In this document: piece after piece, positions 1-8,154 of the stretch
Layout: the number at the start of each line of letters is the position of its first letter
Position numbering within the stretch: the stretch's first letter is position 1
Assembly (NCBI GenBank): GCA_026387835.1
Contig: JAPLKZ010000005.1
Location: 60,001 to 92,000 of the forward strand
DNA: 32,000 nucleotides
Direction of reading: 5' to 3'
Origin: Candidatus Saganbacteria bacterium
GTDB taxonomy: Bacteria; Margulisbacteria; WOR-1; JAKLHX01
Notes under the pieces: generated by a model
Database searches by the model: none
What the model saw: only the letters and a program-made list of their open reading frames with translations
Told to the model about the DNA's origin: nothing
Program-made: the position numbers and the translations under genes

Positions 1-2
1 TT

Positions 3-566
3 ATATCATTATTGCTTTTATGCCTGATCTGTCCTTCCGCTATCGCTGAGGGTAAAAGTCTTTCTTTCGGGATCGGTATCCCGCATTTCGTAAGCGGCTA
101 TTATCTTATGAAAGCCGGCAGGGGCCTTGAGCTGGGATACGGCGCAGGAGGTCTTTATATCCCGCCGATGAAACAGGCCTGCGGCGCGGATGTCATGATA
201 AACGGGCTGAACATAGAAGCGATGCTGAGGAAATATATCATCAGTGATCTCTTTGCCGGTGCCAGGGTGGGATATCAGATATTTACGGCGCATTCTATAC
301 AGGAGGTCAATCCGCCTTTCTATGATTCGACCATCGGCCTGCGGGGCTTCTATCTGACGCCGTCGATCGGATACAATTTCAGGCTGAAAGGCTTCTCGAT
401 CATACCCGAGGTCGGGGTCCAGATACCTCTGGCATTTGAAAAATATGAAACAAAGGTAGGGCCCGGAGACCTGGAACCTTCGGTGAAGCAGGTTGTTAAT
501 GACAACATCAACAGAATGAATGCGGCCATGCCTTTTATCCAGATAAATTTCGGTTTTGCTTTTTAA
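3..566 (+). CDS. Small outer-membrane beta-barrel protein, 5' end probably cut by the window edge
   Basis: The frame is open back to base 3 and the track start at 12 is a TTG. The visible N-terminus (..LLLCLICPSAIA/EGK) looks like the tail of a signal peptide. Alternating hydrophobic beta-strand pattern. C-terminal ..INFGFAF ends in an aromatic Phe, typical of BAM substrates. Confidence 0.5.
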   Translation: MSLLLLCLICPSAIAEGKSLSFGIGIPHFVSGYYLMKAGRGLELGYGAGGLYIPPMKQACGADVMINGLNIEAMLRKYIISDLFAGARVGYQIFTAHSIQEVNPPFYDSTIGLRGFYLTPSIGYNFRLKGFSIIPEVGVQIPLAFEKYETKVGPGDLEPSVKQVVNDNINRMNAAMPFIQINFGFAF

Positions 567-605
567 GGCGATAAAGTCTTAAAATTAATCCAAGCAAATA
601 CCCTG

Positions 606-634
606 TTGATTTCTAAGACAGCCCGTGTTATCAT
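606..634 (+). promoter_or_regulatory. Sigma70-like promoter for the RRM gene (TTGATT-17 nt-TATCAT)
   Basis: -35 TTGATT at 606-611, a 17-nt spacer, and -10 TATCAT at 629-634. This would give a leader of roughly 115-120 nt before the ATG at 759. Confidence 0.4.
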
Positions 635-758
635 ATAGAAGTCGGGATTAATGATTGAGAATTAAAAAGGTCTCTGCTTCTTTTTGTGAGTGTCACCACG
701 CAAACTGGTCCACTAAATCATTATTCAGCAGAAAAATCTAACAAAGGAGTTTTTATAC

Positions 759-1055
759 ATGAAAAGCATATTCGTAGGTAACCTTCCCTGGTCAGCCACG
801 GACGCGGAAATGACGGAAAAATTTTCCCAGTTCGGCAACGTGATATCGGCCAGAATAGTGAACGATAAGTTCACCGGAAAGTCGCGCGGATTTGGTTTTG
901 TTGATATGGAAGACGCGGATGCCGCAAAAGCTATAGCCGGGATGACCGGTTACAAGTGGGGCGACCGTGAACTGACAGTCAATGAAGGCAGACCCAAGAC
1001 CGACCGCCCGAGAGACGGCGGCGGCGGCGAAAGACGTTCATTCAACAGATATTAA
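759..1055 (+). CDS. RRM-type (RNP-1/RNP-2) glycine/arginine-tailed RNA-binding protein
   Basis: RNP-2 IFVGNL and RNP-1 RGFGFVDM motifs with canonical spacing. C-terminal RDGGGGERR tail. RBS AAAGGAG lies upstream of the ATG. Confidence 0.9.
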   Translation: MKSIFVGNLPWSATDAEMTEKFSQFGNVISARIVNDKFTGKSRGFGFVDMEDADAAKAIAGMTGYKWGDRELTVNEGRPKTDRPRDGGGGERRSFNRY

Positions 1056-1077
1056 TTTTAGTATCTTAGATTGATCC

Positions 1078-1107
1078 AGACCCCTGCTTCGGCAGGGGTC
1101 TTTTTTT
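1078..1107 (+). terminator. Rho-independent terminator
   Basis: 10-bp perfect stem AGACCCCTGC/GCAGGGGTCT with a TTCG tetraloop, followed by T7 (1101-1107). Confidence 0.85.
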
Positions 1108-1128
1108 ATCAGATGCAGCGAAAACCTC

Positions 1129-1156
1129 TTGACAAGAATTAATATAGTGGTATATT
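1129..1156 (+). promoter_or_regulatory. Sigma70-like promoter with extended -10 (TTGACA-16 nt-TGgTATATT)
   Basis: Consensus -35 TTGACA at 1129-1134. TG at 1148-1149 and TATATT at 1151-1156. RBS AAGGA at 1166-1170 precedes the ATG at 1179. Confidence 0.5.
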
Positions 1157-1178
1157 AATAATCACAAAGGAAATATAT

Positions 1179-2366
1179 ATGAAAACAAAAAAAGGTCTAT
1201 ATGTATTTTTTGCTTTCCTCCTGATCGCTCAACTCGGCATTTTTATTTACGGCTGCGGACAGACAAAACAATCATCGGGACCCACAGGCTCAATGTCCAG
1301 CACAAGCGCACTTTCTGTTGTGGTCAAAGACGCAGCTACCGGTTCGATAGTGCCGATGAGCTCAGTCTTTGTCAGCAAATCAAGTGTCACTCCGAGCTCG
1401 CGATTGCATACATCCTCGTCCAGTGACTGGGTAGAGGTCAAGGCCACCGACATGGGCATTGCGGACGTGTCTGACCTGAAAACCGACGCTTCAACGATGC
1501 TCAAAGTGGTAAAGGACGGCTATAAAGAATACGACAAGGTGGTGGATGCTGGGAAATCCATTACAGGCTATACAATTGAAATAGTAAAGACAACAGAGGC
1601 CACGGCAACACCTAAAGACACGGCATTCGATCCGACTTCGTCCGGGGGTTCTTCTACTTTGTATGCCTGCTCCAGCGTTTCCACATGCATGAGCTGCGGA
1701 TGTAATCCTGATTCGTCCATCGCTTGCGGAGGCGCGTGCGGCTGCACTGACAGTTCAACAAGCTGTAAAGGCGGAAAATGCAAAACAAGCGCTGCCGGAG
1801 GGGCAGGGACTTCAAGCTTCGGAAAATGTACGGATGCAGGATGTCCCACGGGATGTAAAAATTGCGGGGCTTGCGCCTGCACTTCCGCAGGAGGCTGCGG
1901 AGGATCTTCAAATTGCCCTATTAAAACATATACCGGAGGCGGAGGCAGCAGTGAATCCAGCGGAGCCTGTGCCGACAGTTTCTGCCCGACAGGATGCAAG
2001 GGCTGCGGTTCTTGCGTATGCACTTCAGCCGGCGGTTGCGGAGGATCTTCCTTCTGTACAGGCGGCTCAAAAGCGCCTGATTTCAGCAGCGGAGGCGGTG
2101 GCTGCACTGATGCCGGATGCCCTCCTGGATGCCGCGCTTGCGGATCCTGTGTTTGCACGACCGCTGGTAACTGCGGCGGATCAAGCAATTGCACATCAGG
2201 CGGCGGTAGTGGCGGTGGTGGCGGTGGTGGTGGCGGAATAGGTTGTTATGGTTCAGGATGCCCTGCTTCGTGCGCTACTTCACCATGCGGAGCTTGCAGT
2301 TGCACAACAAGTATCGGCGCTCCATGTTCCTCAAAAGGCGGAAGTTCTTATTGCACGGGAAGATAA
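1179..2366 (+). CDS. Cysteine-rich tandem-repeat lipoprotein (N-terminal PEGA/carboxypeptidase-regulatory-like beta domain plus C-terminal Cys/Gly/Ser repeats)
   Basis: Signal peptide with a lipobox-like IYG-C26. The segment VVVKDAATG...LKVVKDGYKEYDKVV resembles PEGA/CarboxypepD_reg folds. Residues 164-392 contain about 41 Cys arranged in repeated modules. The gene has its own promoter and terminator. Confidence 0.8.
   Translation: MKTKKGLYVFFAFLLIAQLGIFIYGCGQTKQSSGPTGSMSSTSALSVVVKDAATGSIVPMSSVFVSKSSVTPSSRLHTSSSSDWVEVKATDMGIADVSDLKTDASTMLKVVKDGYKEYDKVVDAGKSITGYTIEIVKTTEATATPKDTAFDPTSSGGSSTLYACSSVSTCMSCGCNPDSSIACGGACGCTDSSTSCKGGKCKTSAAGGAGTSSFGKCTDAGCPTGCKNCGACACTSAGGCGGSSNCPIKTYTGGGGSSESSGACADSFCPTGCKGCGSCVCTSAGGCGGSSFCTGGSKAPDFSSGGGGCTDAGCPPGCRACGSCVCTTAGNCGGSSNCTSGGGSGGGGGGGGGIGCYGSGCPASCATSPCGACSCTTSIGAPCSSKGGSSYCTGR
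1827..2354 (+). repeat. Intragenic tandem repeats: three 30-aa 8-Cys modules plus one degenerate module
   Basis: Module pattern is C-x-D-x-x-C-P-x-G-C-x-x-C-G-x-C-x-C-T-x-A-G-x-C-G-G-S-S-x-C. Copies lie at nt 1827-1916, 1968-2057 and 2103-2192, with a degenerate copy at 2244-2354. A looser proto-module lies at about 1668-1781. A GGY-codon run at about 2197-2237 encodes GGGSGGGGGGGGG. Confidence 0.8.
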
Positions 2367-2383
2367 TTCAACTTAATAACTTT

Positions 2384-2415
2384 AAAAAGGCGGATTTGAT
2401 TTTTCCGCCTTTTTT
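2384..2415 (+). terminator. Rho-independent terminator
   Basis: Stem AAAAAGGCGGA/TCCGCCTTTTT (GC core GGCGGA/TCCGCC), 9-nt loop, T-run at 2410-2415. Confidence 0.75.
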
Positions 2416-2445
2416 ATTTAAGATAATATAAGAAGGAGAAATAAT

Positions 2446-2637
2446 ATGAATAAAAACAGGATATTTTCTTTGATCTATATATTAATAGGCCTTTTAGTCA
2501 TCATTGTACCGTCATATATACTTCCCGTCTGCAACAATCCTATGATGTGCTGCAGAGCGCATACATTGCCGGTTTTGGTACTTTTGGGAGTGATCCTCAT
2601 AATACTTTCAGGAATGGAGTTCTTTCTGGATAAATGA
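2446..2637 (+). CDS. 63-aa two-TM membrane protein, DUF4418-like (half-size)
   Basis: Two hydrophobic helices flank the motif LPVCNNPMMCCRAHT. This resembles the FPVC...M.C motif I recall for DUF4418 proteins, which typically accompany FtsX/MacB transporters. RBS GAAGGAG is present. The stop overlaps the next start (ATGA at 2634-2637). Confidence 0.6.
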   Translation: MNKNRIFSLIYILIGLLVIIVPSYILPVCNNPMMCCRAHTLPVLVLLGVILIILSGMEFFLDK

Positions 2638-3812
2638 ACCTATTCTGGCTGGCTTATAAGAACTTTAAACGCAACAAATTCTGGACCGTGATCACAATTG
2701 TGATCGCGGCTGTTGCTATCGCTTCGATCTTTGCTTCTTTTACAATAGTTAACTGCATAAACTACAGCCTCGAGACGGGAAGGGAAAGGCTGGGAGCGGA
2801 CCTCGTAGTATTTCCTTCCGGTGAAGAAAATGCGATGATCAGTGCTTTTCAGACAGGAACTCCGGCGCTTTTTTATATGAAAAAAGACCTTACTGAAAAG
2901 ATCAAAAAGATCGATGGAGTGGATAAAGTCACTCCTGAACTTTTCCTGATGACGCTGTCAAAAAGCTGCTGCAGTCTCGGTATCCCCTTCAGGCTTATAG
3001 GATTTGATGCCTCGACAGATTTCGTGATAACCCCTTGGCTTCAAAAGAACAGGATAAACTCGCTTAAAGCAGATGAGGTGATAATCGGCGCTGATATCCC
3101 GTCAATGAAAGGTGAAAAAATTAAGATACTCGGAAGCGAGTTCAGAGTTGCCGGCGTCCTTGAAAGGACCGGCATCGGAGCGGATAAGTCCATCTATTTA
3201 CCGCTTGATTCAGCCAGGCAGCTCGCAATGCACAGCCTTATGATAAAGTACAGGCCTGATGAAATTTCCTCCGTCCTTGTAAAGGTCAGCAGCGGGACCG
3301 ATATAAGCGTGTGTGCAGAAAATATCAAGAAAGCGATCCCTCAGGTCGCCGTGATGGGAAGCTCGCAGTTCAACAGGGGCATAAAGGTCATATTTGACAG
3401 GATGGTAATAATGGCCGTCCTGATATTCATAGTGGTGATGGTACTCAGCTCGGTCAGCATAACAGGCGTCTTCTACGCGATGTCAAAAGCCAGGGGGCCG
3501 GAGATCGGCATACTGAGAAGCCTCGGCGCAACAAGAAGAGACATATTTTCCCTTGTCCTTATCGAATCAGTGTTTTCCACCGTCATCGGCGGTATCATCG
3601 GAGTCTTAGTATCTGCATTCTTGATCTATGACTTTAATCTCTTCCTCTCAAAACACCTGCCTTTTCCTTTTATACTGTCTTTTGGAGGGGTTGTTGAGAT
3701 GGGTGCCGTTTGTATCCTGATATCGGCCGTGCTCGGGCTTTTAGGCGCGCTTTATCCCGCGGCTAAAAGCTCAAAAATAGATCCTTTTGACGCGATCAGG
3801 CAGGGCAGTTAA
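2634..3812 (+). CDS. ABC transporter permease, FtsX/MacB family (N-terminal TM, periplasmic MacB-like domain, C-terminal FtsX 3-TM domain)
   Basis: Architecture is TM1, a periplasmic domain of about 230 aa, then three C-terminal TMs. The motif LRSLGATRRDIF is typical of the FtsX domain. Translationally coupled to both neighbours. Confidence 0.85.
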   Translation: MNLFWLAYKNFKRNKFWTVITIVIAAVAIASIFASFTIVNCINYSLETGRERLGADLVVFPSGEENAMISAFQTGTPALFYMKKDLTEKIKKIDGVDKVTPELFLMTLSKSCCSLGIPFRLIGFDASTDFVITPWLQKNRINSLKADEVIIGADIPSMKGEKIKILGSEFRVAGVLERTGIGADKSIYLPLDSARQLAMHSLMIKYRPDEISSVLVKVSSGTDISVCAENIKKAIPQVAVMGSSQFNRGIKVIFDRMVIMAVLIFIVVMVLSSVSITGVFYAMSKARGPEIGILRSLGATRRDIFSLVLIESVFSTVIGGIIGVLVSAFLIYDFNLFLSKHLPFPFILSFGGVVEMGAVCILISAVLGLLGALYPAAKSSKIDPFDAIRQGS

Positions 3813-3813
3813 G

Positions 3814-4479
3814 ATGATAGAACTTAAAAAAGCGACAAAATTATATAATGACGCAGGCAGCCTTATTTTTGCTGTGAACGAGATAGATCTTTCGATAAAA
3901 AAAGGCGACCTGATCTCGATAGCCGGTCCCTCGGGCTCAGGCAAGACCACTCTTTTGTCCCTGATCGGCTGTCTCACGAAACCTTCTTCAGGACATATTA
4001 TGATAGACGGAAGCGATGTCGCAAGCCTTGACGATGAAGCTCTTTCCGCTTTAAGGTCGGAAAAGATCGGTTTCGTCTTCCAGCAGGCTCACGTTATACC
4101 CACGATGACAGTACTTGAAAATGTCCTTCTTCCTCTTGTTTTCTCAAGAGAAAAAGATATTGAAAAAAAGAAAGAAAGGGCAGTAAAACTTCTGAGAGAC
4201 GTCGGACTCGACAGCCGCATAAACAGCCTCCCTAAAAACATGAGCGGAGGCCAGGTTAAACGCATTTCCATCGCAAGGGCTTTGATAAATTGCCCGGAGA
4301 TACTTCTCGCTGACGAGCCGACAGGAGACCTTGACCAGGCAAGCAGCAGGGAGATAATGGAAATACTTAAAAGAATGAACAGGGATGAAAACCTGACAGT
4401 GCTTCTGGTAACGCATAACCAGGAACTGGCGCAGGAAGCCCATATTAAGCTGAAGATGCGGGACGGAAAACTTGTATGA
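3814..4479 (+). CDS. ABC transporter ATP-binding protein (MacB/LolD-like)
   Basis: Walker A GPSGSGKTT, Q-loop FQQ, signature MSGGQVKR, Walker B LLADEPTGDLD, H-loop VTHN. I prefer the ATG at 3814 (one nt after the permease TAA) over the in-frame TTG at 3787. Confidence 0.9.
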   Translation: MIELKKATKLYNDAGSLIFAVNEIDLSIKKGDLISIAGPSGSGKTTLLSLIGCLTKPSSGHIMIDGSDVASLDDEALSALRSEKIGFVFQQAHVIPTMTVLENVLLPLVFSREKDIEKKKERAVKLLRDVGLDSRINSLPKNMSGGQVKRISIARALINCPEILLADEPTGDLDQASSREIMEILKRMNRDENLTVLLVTHNQELAQEAHIKLKMRDGKLV

Positions 4480-4895
4480 TCGTATGCAAAAGGATATTCT
4501 ATTTCCTTTTATGCATGATCCTTTTTCAAACAATTTCTTTTGCTAAAGAGATGATCGCATCCTATGAAGGCACTTCCCCGGGAGCTGATTGCAGCGCTCT
4601 TAAAACGACGATCGTCCTGTACAAAGGCTGCTGCGGAGCTATGGGGACTTATGATATGACTGACATATATATTGCTACGAAAGACGGGGATAAAACGTTC
4701 ACTTCAAAAGGGAAATGGCAGTATATTAAAGGAACAAAAAAGGACAAAGAAGCTATAGTGCTTCAGCTAAACTATGACAAACCAGATAAAATAAATAATT
4801 ATCTTGTTGTTGAGGGAAAATATATTAAACCGATCAATAAAGACCTGAACGAAATAAGCTGTCCTTATGGTCTGACGATGAAAAAGAAAAAATAA
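4476..4895 (+). CDS. Secreted NlpE N-terminal-domain-like protein (copper-associated CutF/NlpE family fold)
   Basis: Signal peptide ..TISFA/KE. YEGTSPGADCSALKTTIVL parallels the E. coli NlpE segment YRGVLPCADCSGIETSLFL, recalled from memory. ATGA overlap with the ATPase stop (4476-4479). Confidence 0.55.
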   Translation: MIVCKRIFYFLLCMILFQTISFAKEMIASYEGTSPGADCSALKTTIVLYKGCCGAMGTYDMTDIYIATKDGDKTFTSKGKWQYIKGTKKDKEAIVLQLNYDKPDKINNYLVVEGKYIKPINKDLNEISCPYGLTMKKKK

Positions 4896-4908
4896 AAAGA
4901 GATATTTC

Positions 4909-4937
4909 TTGACATATTCATCCGGTCAATTTACAAT
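4909..4937 (+). promoter_or_regulatory. Sigma70-like promoter (TTGACA-17 nt-TACAAT)
   Basis: -35 at 4909-4914 and -10 at 4932-4937. RBS GGGAGG at 4948-4953. ATG at 4961. Confidence 0.5.
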
Positions 4938-4960
4938 TCTTATATCAGGGAGGTAACAAT

Positions 4961-5611
4961 ATGAAACGTTTGTTGTTTGGCTTGCTGGTTTGTCTGATCC
5001 TTGTTGCTGCAGCTTCGGCAGAGATAATGATGACCGCGTGCCCGCTAGGTCAGGGAAAATGGAACGTGATGCTTGGTTCCATGGTGGACCAGAACTATTT
5101 CAACATGGGAAGCACGGATGTCATGTGGATGGACGCGGTAGGGTACGGGATAAATGACAGGCTGGACCTGTATGGGTCGATCGGTCTGGGTTATTCACAA
5201 AAAGCCACAGACCAGGCCAGGACCATGAACAGTATGACGATGTCGTCGATCGGCGTGGCAGCAAAATACACATTACTGAGCGAAGACCTGAAAATGCCCT
5301 TGTCATTGGCAGTGAACGCGGGGATCCGTACCTGCAACATGTCGATGGCCACCATGACAAACACACAATACAATACCGGCCTTGTAGCCAGCAAGATGAT
5401 AAAGCAATTCACCCCTTATGCAGGTGTGAATTACAGGACAACAAAACAGGCCTATGGCGATTATACGCAAATGGATTATACGATCGGAATGGGTATAGGG
5501 CCTATGGAAAGAATGTTCATGATAGAAGATACCCTTCAATATATAAACTTTGGAAGTTCTGCTTGGCAAAGCAACCAGATATCCGCGGGGTTCTGCTTTA
5601 ACCTGAATTGA
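4961..5611 (+). CDS. Methionine-rich secreted protein, probable outer-membrane beta-barrel
   Basis: Signal peptide ..VAAASA/EI. 21 Met in 216 aa, including the clusters TMNSMTMSS, CNMSMATMTN and GPMERMFM. Alternating beta-strand pattern. Confidence 0.6.
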   Translation: MKRLLFGLLVCLILVAAASAEIMMTACPLGQGKWNVMLGSMVDQNYFNMGSTDVMWMDAVGYGINDRLDLYGSIGLGYSQKATDQARTMNSMTMSSIGVAAKYTLLSEDLKMPLSLAVNAGIRTCNMSMATMTNTQYNTGLVASKMIKQFTPYAGVNYRTTKQAYGDYTQMDYTIGMGIGPMERMFMIEDTLQYINFGSSAWQSNQISAGFCFNLN

Positions 5612-5650
5612 TCTGATATCGATCAAGGGTTGGTTACTTATACCGGCCGA

Positions 5651-8119
5651 TCATTTGGCAAGAAGAGAAGACAGTTCTGTTAACTTCTCTAGAATCTCTC
5701 TGCGGACCCGGTCGGCAATAGTACGGTCCTTCGCAGTGTCCCATCGCGATAGAGAGACATCGGTTATTGGCGCGGTAACCCGGTCGGCTGCAGTGTCCAG
5801 AAGCACCCGGGCCGATGTTACTGCTTGATCCTCCACATCCTGCTTTTCAAGCTGTTCAACGCGGTCGCGAAGCATGCAAAGATATTCATAGTCTTCAACT
5901 CCCTCCCGGATAGCTTCCATCTGCTTGCTCGGTGTTACAGACTTGGAGTCTATAAATAAAGGAGAGTAGACCGGCGCGCCGTTGCCGAGATATTCGTTCT
6001 TCCATGAAGGGACCTCGGAAGCATCACTGAAAGACCAAAAAGATGAACCCTCGGCCTTATATTTCCACGCGAACCATTCCTGCAAACGATAATAAATGTA
6101 TGGGTCGAGCAGCCGGCTCGGGCCAAAGGTACTATAGAACCAAAGCTTGTGGCCTGCGTCGCGCTGCTTGATATAGAAATCGTCAAAATTCGGATCATGG
6201 CTGATCCAGACGGATAAATGCGGACTGAGCACCCGGCTCAAAGTAAACAAGTCAGGGGTCCCTTTCGATGGATCTGACCAGGAGGGATCCTCCCAAATAA
6301 TTACTTCTGGCTGGGCGGCAAGGATGATATTTGCGTACTCGATAATGATCCGGTCCTGTTCCGGCGTGCGGGGTTCATCCACAAGCAGAAGGCCAAGCCG
6401 GTTCGGCTTGATATCCCATTGCTCGAGCTGGCTGCACCACCAGTTGATCCAATCGGTCACGGCTTGCTGAAAAGCCGGCGTTCCTATCTGAAAACCAGCA
6501 AAACTTTCCTTGACATTGACAAAAACAAGATAATTACGCGCATTGGGCCAGAGCTGCAGCCAGGTATAGAACGCGAGCGGGTCCGGAGACTGGATCATGT
6601 GTCCGTTCGCGTCGAATTTGCCTGTAGGCAGCACCTTTAAAGTCCCCCAGGGTGAATCAACGAAGTGCTCACAGAGTTGTTGGACCAGCGCGCCGCGGTT
6701 CAGCGGGGTGACCGCATAAATGCGCTCGCGGTCCGTGTAATCCCAGCCGCTCACGTGCAACGCCGGCTGATCGGGGAATCTGAGAGGATAAATTTTCAAG
6801 CGGACGGGTATTGGCTTGCAACTTACGGCGTCACTGCCCAGAATGAGCCGGCCGTTATATTCCCCTGCTTTGACATTCTTTGGATGAAAGTTCAACCACA
6901 CTTGACAGGTAAGACCGGCTGGGATCTTTATTGCATAAATTCCTTTTTGATGTTGGATCAATGGCAATGCCGCCGCAACAGGCACACCAGGCTGGGTATC
7001 GGTGAACAACACCTCGTGAAATTCCACATAGGAAGGATCAGTACCTCCCGGCAAGCCTTTCAGGGTCAATGTAACTTTTGCATCGGTGTTTCCCGCATTA
7101 CTGAGATTGAAAACTTCGCCGCGGTATTCGTTGTTCATCATAGCCATGTTTATCGATGCATTGCCCCGGACCGGCGTGGTGATCGGGTTAAGCATGTCCC
7201 AGCGGTTGGTCTGCCAGCAGACGGTCCGGCGCAGGCCTTGTGCGCGCCAGATACCCGCCTGCACCGCGAAGATACTCCGATGAAGATCGTTTATCGGGAA
7301 GATCGTGCTGAAGGTATCCGGCAGATCGATCGTTGCGGCCGGGATCTTCTTTGCAATGGCCTTGAGCTTATTATTCAGCGGTCCGGAAACGTGATCAGGA
7401 AATCCGCCCGAATTCAATTCCCGGGTCACTGCGGCCAGGTCGTTTGCAAGTCTAAGCCTTAGAAAAGCGGCAGTCCGCATTTTGGTAAAGAAAGCCGGCA
7501 GATCAGCGATCTTCGGACCTGTAAAGGGCTTCATCAAATACGCGTCCGGGCCTTTATAGACCCCGATCTCATCCGCATAAGTATAAGCGCCCCTGGGTGC
7601 GACCACAAATTTTACGTATCGCCCGTGAGTTTTAAAACCCATGCTCTGAAAGCGATAAACGGCGGGACCTGAAACAGTAGGAGCGGTGGTTTTTCCGCTC
7701 AGAGCGACCAGGTCGCCCTCATAATGCCAGATATTTCCGTCATCGCTCACAAGAATAAAAATAGCGCCCGGGAACAAGATGCCGGTAGTATACATATTAG
7801 TATTGATAGCCGCATTGTAGGAAAATCCTGCGATCGGCTGGGTTTCCCCCAGATCGACGGTCATCACTACCGGTGAAGTGTTTTTCCAGCCAACGGCCCC
7901 CTTTAGGGACCAGGGCTTGCCCTTGACATATTGCCCGTCTGTTAAACTCGTGAGATCGCTCGCATCATTGCGAGCAGGGAAGTTCGGTCCCGGCTCCAAT
8001 TGATACTTCTTTCCCAAGGCGAGATCGAGCGCCGAGTCAGGGGATAATACGGAAATTGCGGCCCATACAGCTATCGAAAACAACAGCAGAAAAGATATGA
8101 TAATTATTCGCTGAAACAC
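5651..8119 (-). CDS. Secreted discoidin (F5/8 type C)-domain protein with a large C-terminal hydrolase-like region (possibly DUF4091/GH-like)
   Basis: Signal peptide present. The N-terminal segment LTSLTDGQ...VDLGETQPIAGF...HGRYVKFVV...ADEIGVY matches the discoidin/galactose-binding-like pattern. The C-terminal 550 aa is Trp/Tyr-rich (VDEP, WFYSTFGP, FWSF), and its function is a guess. Confidence 0.55.
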   Translation of the reverse strand: MFQRIIIISFLLLFSIAVWAAISVLSPDSALDLALGKKYQLEPGPNFPARNDASDLTSLTDGQYVKGKPWSLKGAVGWKNTSPVVMTVDLGETQPIAGFSYNAAINTNMYTTGILFPGAIFILVSDDGNIWHYEGDLVALSGKTTAPTVSGPAVYRFQSMGFKTHGRYVKFVVAPRGAYTYADEIGVYKGPDAYLMKPFTGPKIADLPAFFTKMRTAAFLRLRLANDLAAVTRELNSGGFPDHVSGPLNNKLKAIAKKIPAATIDLPDTFSTIFPINDLHRSIFAVQAGIWRAQGLRRTVCWQTNRWDMLNPITTPVRGNASINMAMMNNEYRGEVFNLSNAGNTDAKVTLTLKGLPGGTDPSYVEFHEVLFTDTQPGVPVAAALPLIQHQKGIYAIKIPAGLTCQVWLNFHPKNVKAGEYNGRLILGSDAVSCKPIPVRLKIYPLRFPDQPALHVSGWDYTDRERIYAVTPLNRGALVQQLCEHFVDSPWGTLKVLPTGKFDANGHMIQSPDPLAFYTWLQLWPNARNYLVFVNVKESFAGFQIGTPAFQQAVTDWINWWCSQLEQWDIKPNRLGLLLVDEPRTPEQDRIIIEYANIILAAQPEVIIWEDPSWSDPSKGTPDLFTLSRVLSPHLSVWISHDPNFDDFYIKQRDAGHKLWFYSTFGPSRLLDPYIYYRLQEWFAWKYKAEGSSFWSFSDASEVPSWKNEYLGNGAPVYSPLFIDSKSVTPSKQMEAIREGVEDYEYLCMLRDRVEQLEKQDVEDQAVTSARVLLDTAADRVTAPITDVSLSRWDTAKDRTIADRVRREILEKLTELSSLLAK

Positions 8120-8154
8120 TACCAGTTCTCCATCTTAGCCTGCATTGTATGAAT

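Noticed and set aside
1247-2241. Track ORFs 1247..1504(-), 1568..2194(-), 1654..1911(-) and 1834..2241(+) overlapping the Cys-rich gene
   Set aside because: These are shadow frames of a GC-rich, repetitive coding region. The translations are Pro/Ala/Gln low-complexity, with no RBS or independent signals. The sense frame has a signal peptide, promoter and terminator.
2243-2431. 62-aa ORF spanning the end of the Cys-rich gene and its terminator
   Set aside because: It runs through the terminator hairpin. It has no RBS, and its composition is driven by the neighbouring gene's alternate frame.
5950-7462. Plus- and minus-strand ORFs (for example 6665..7462, 265 aa) inside or antisense to the 822-aa gene
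   Set aside because: They are fully embedded antisense or alternate frames of a long gene with coherent discoidin domain content. The translations are Arg-rich and have no motifs.
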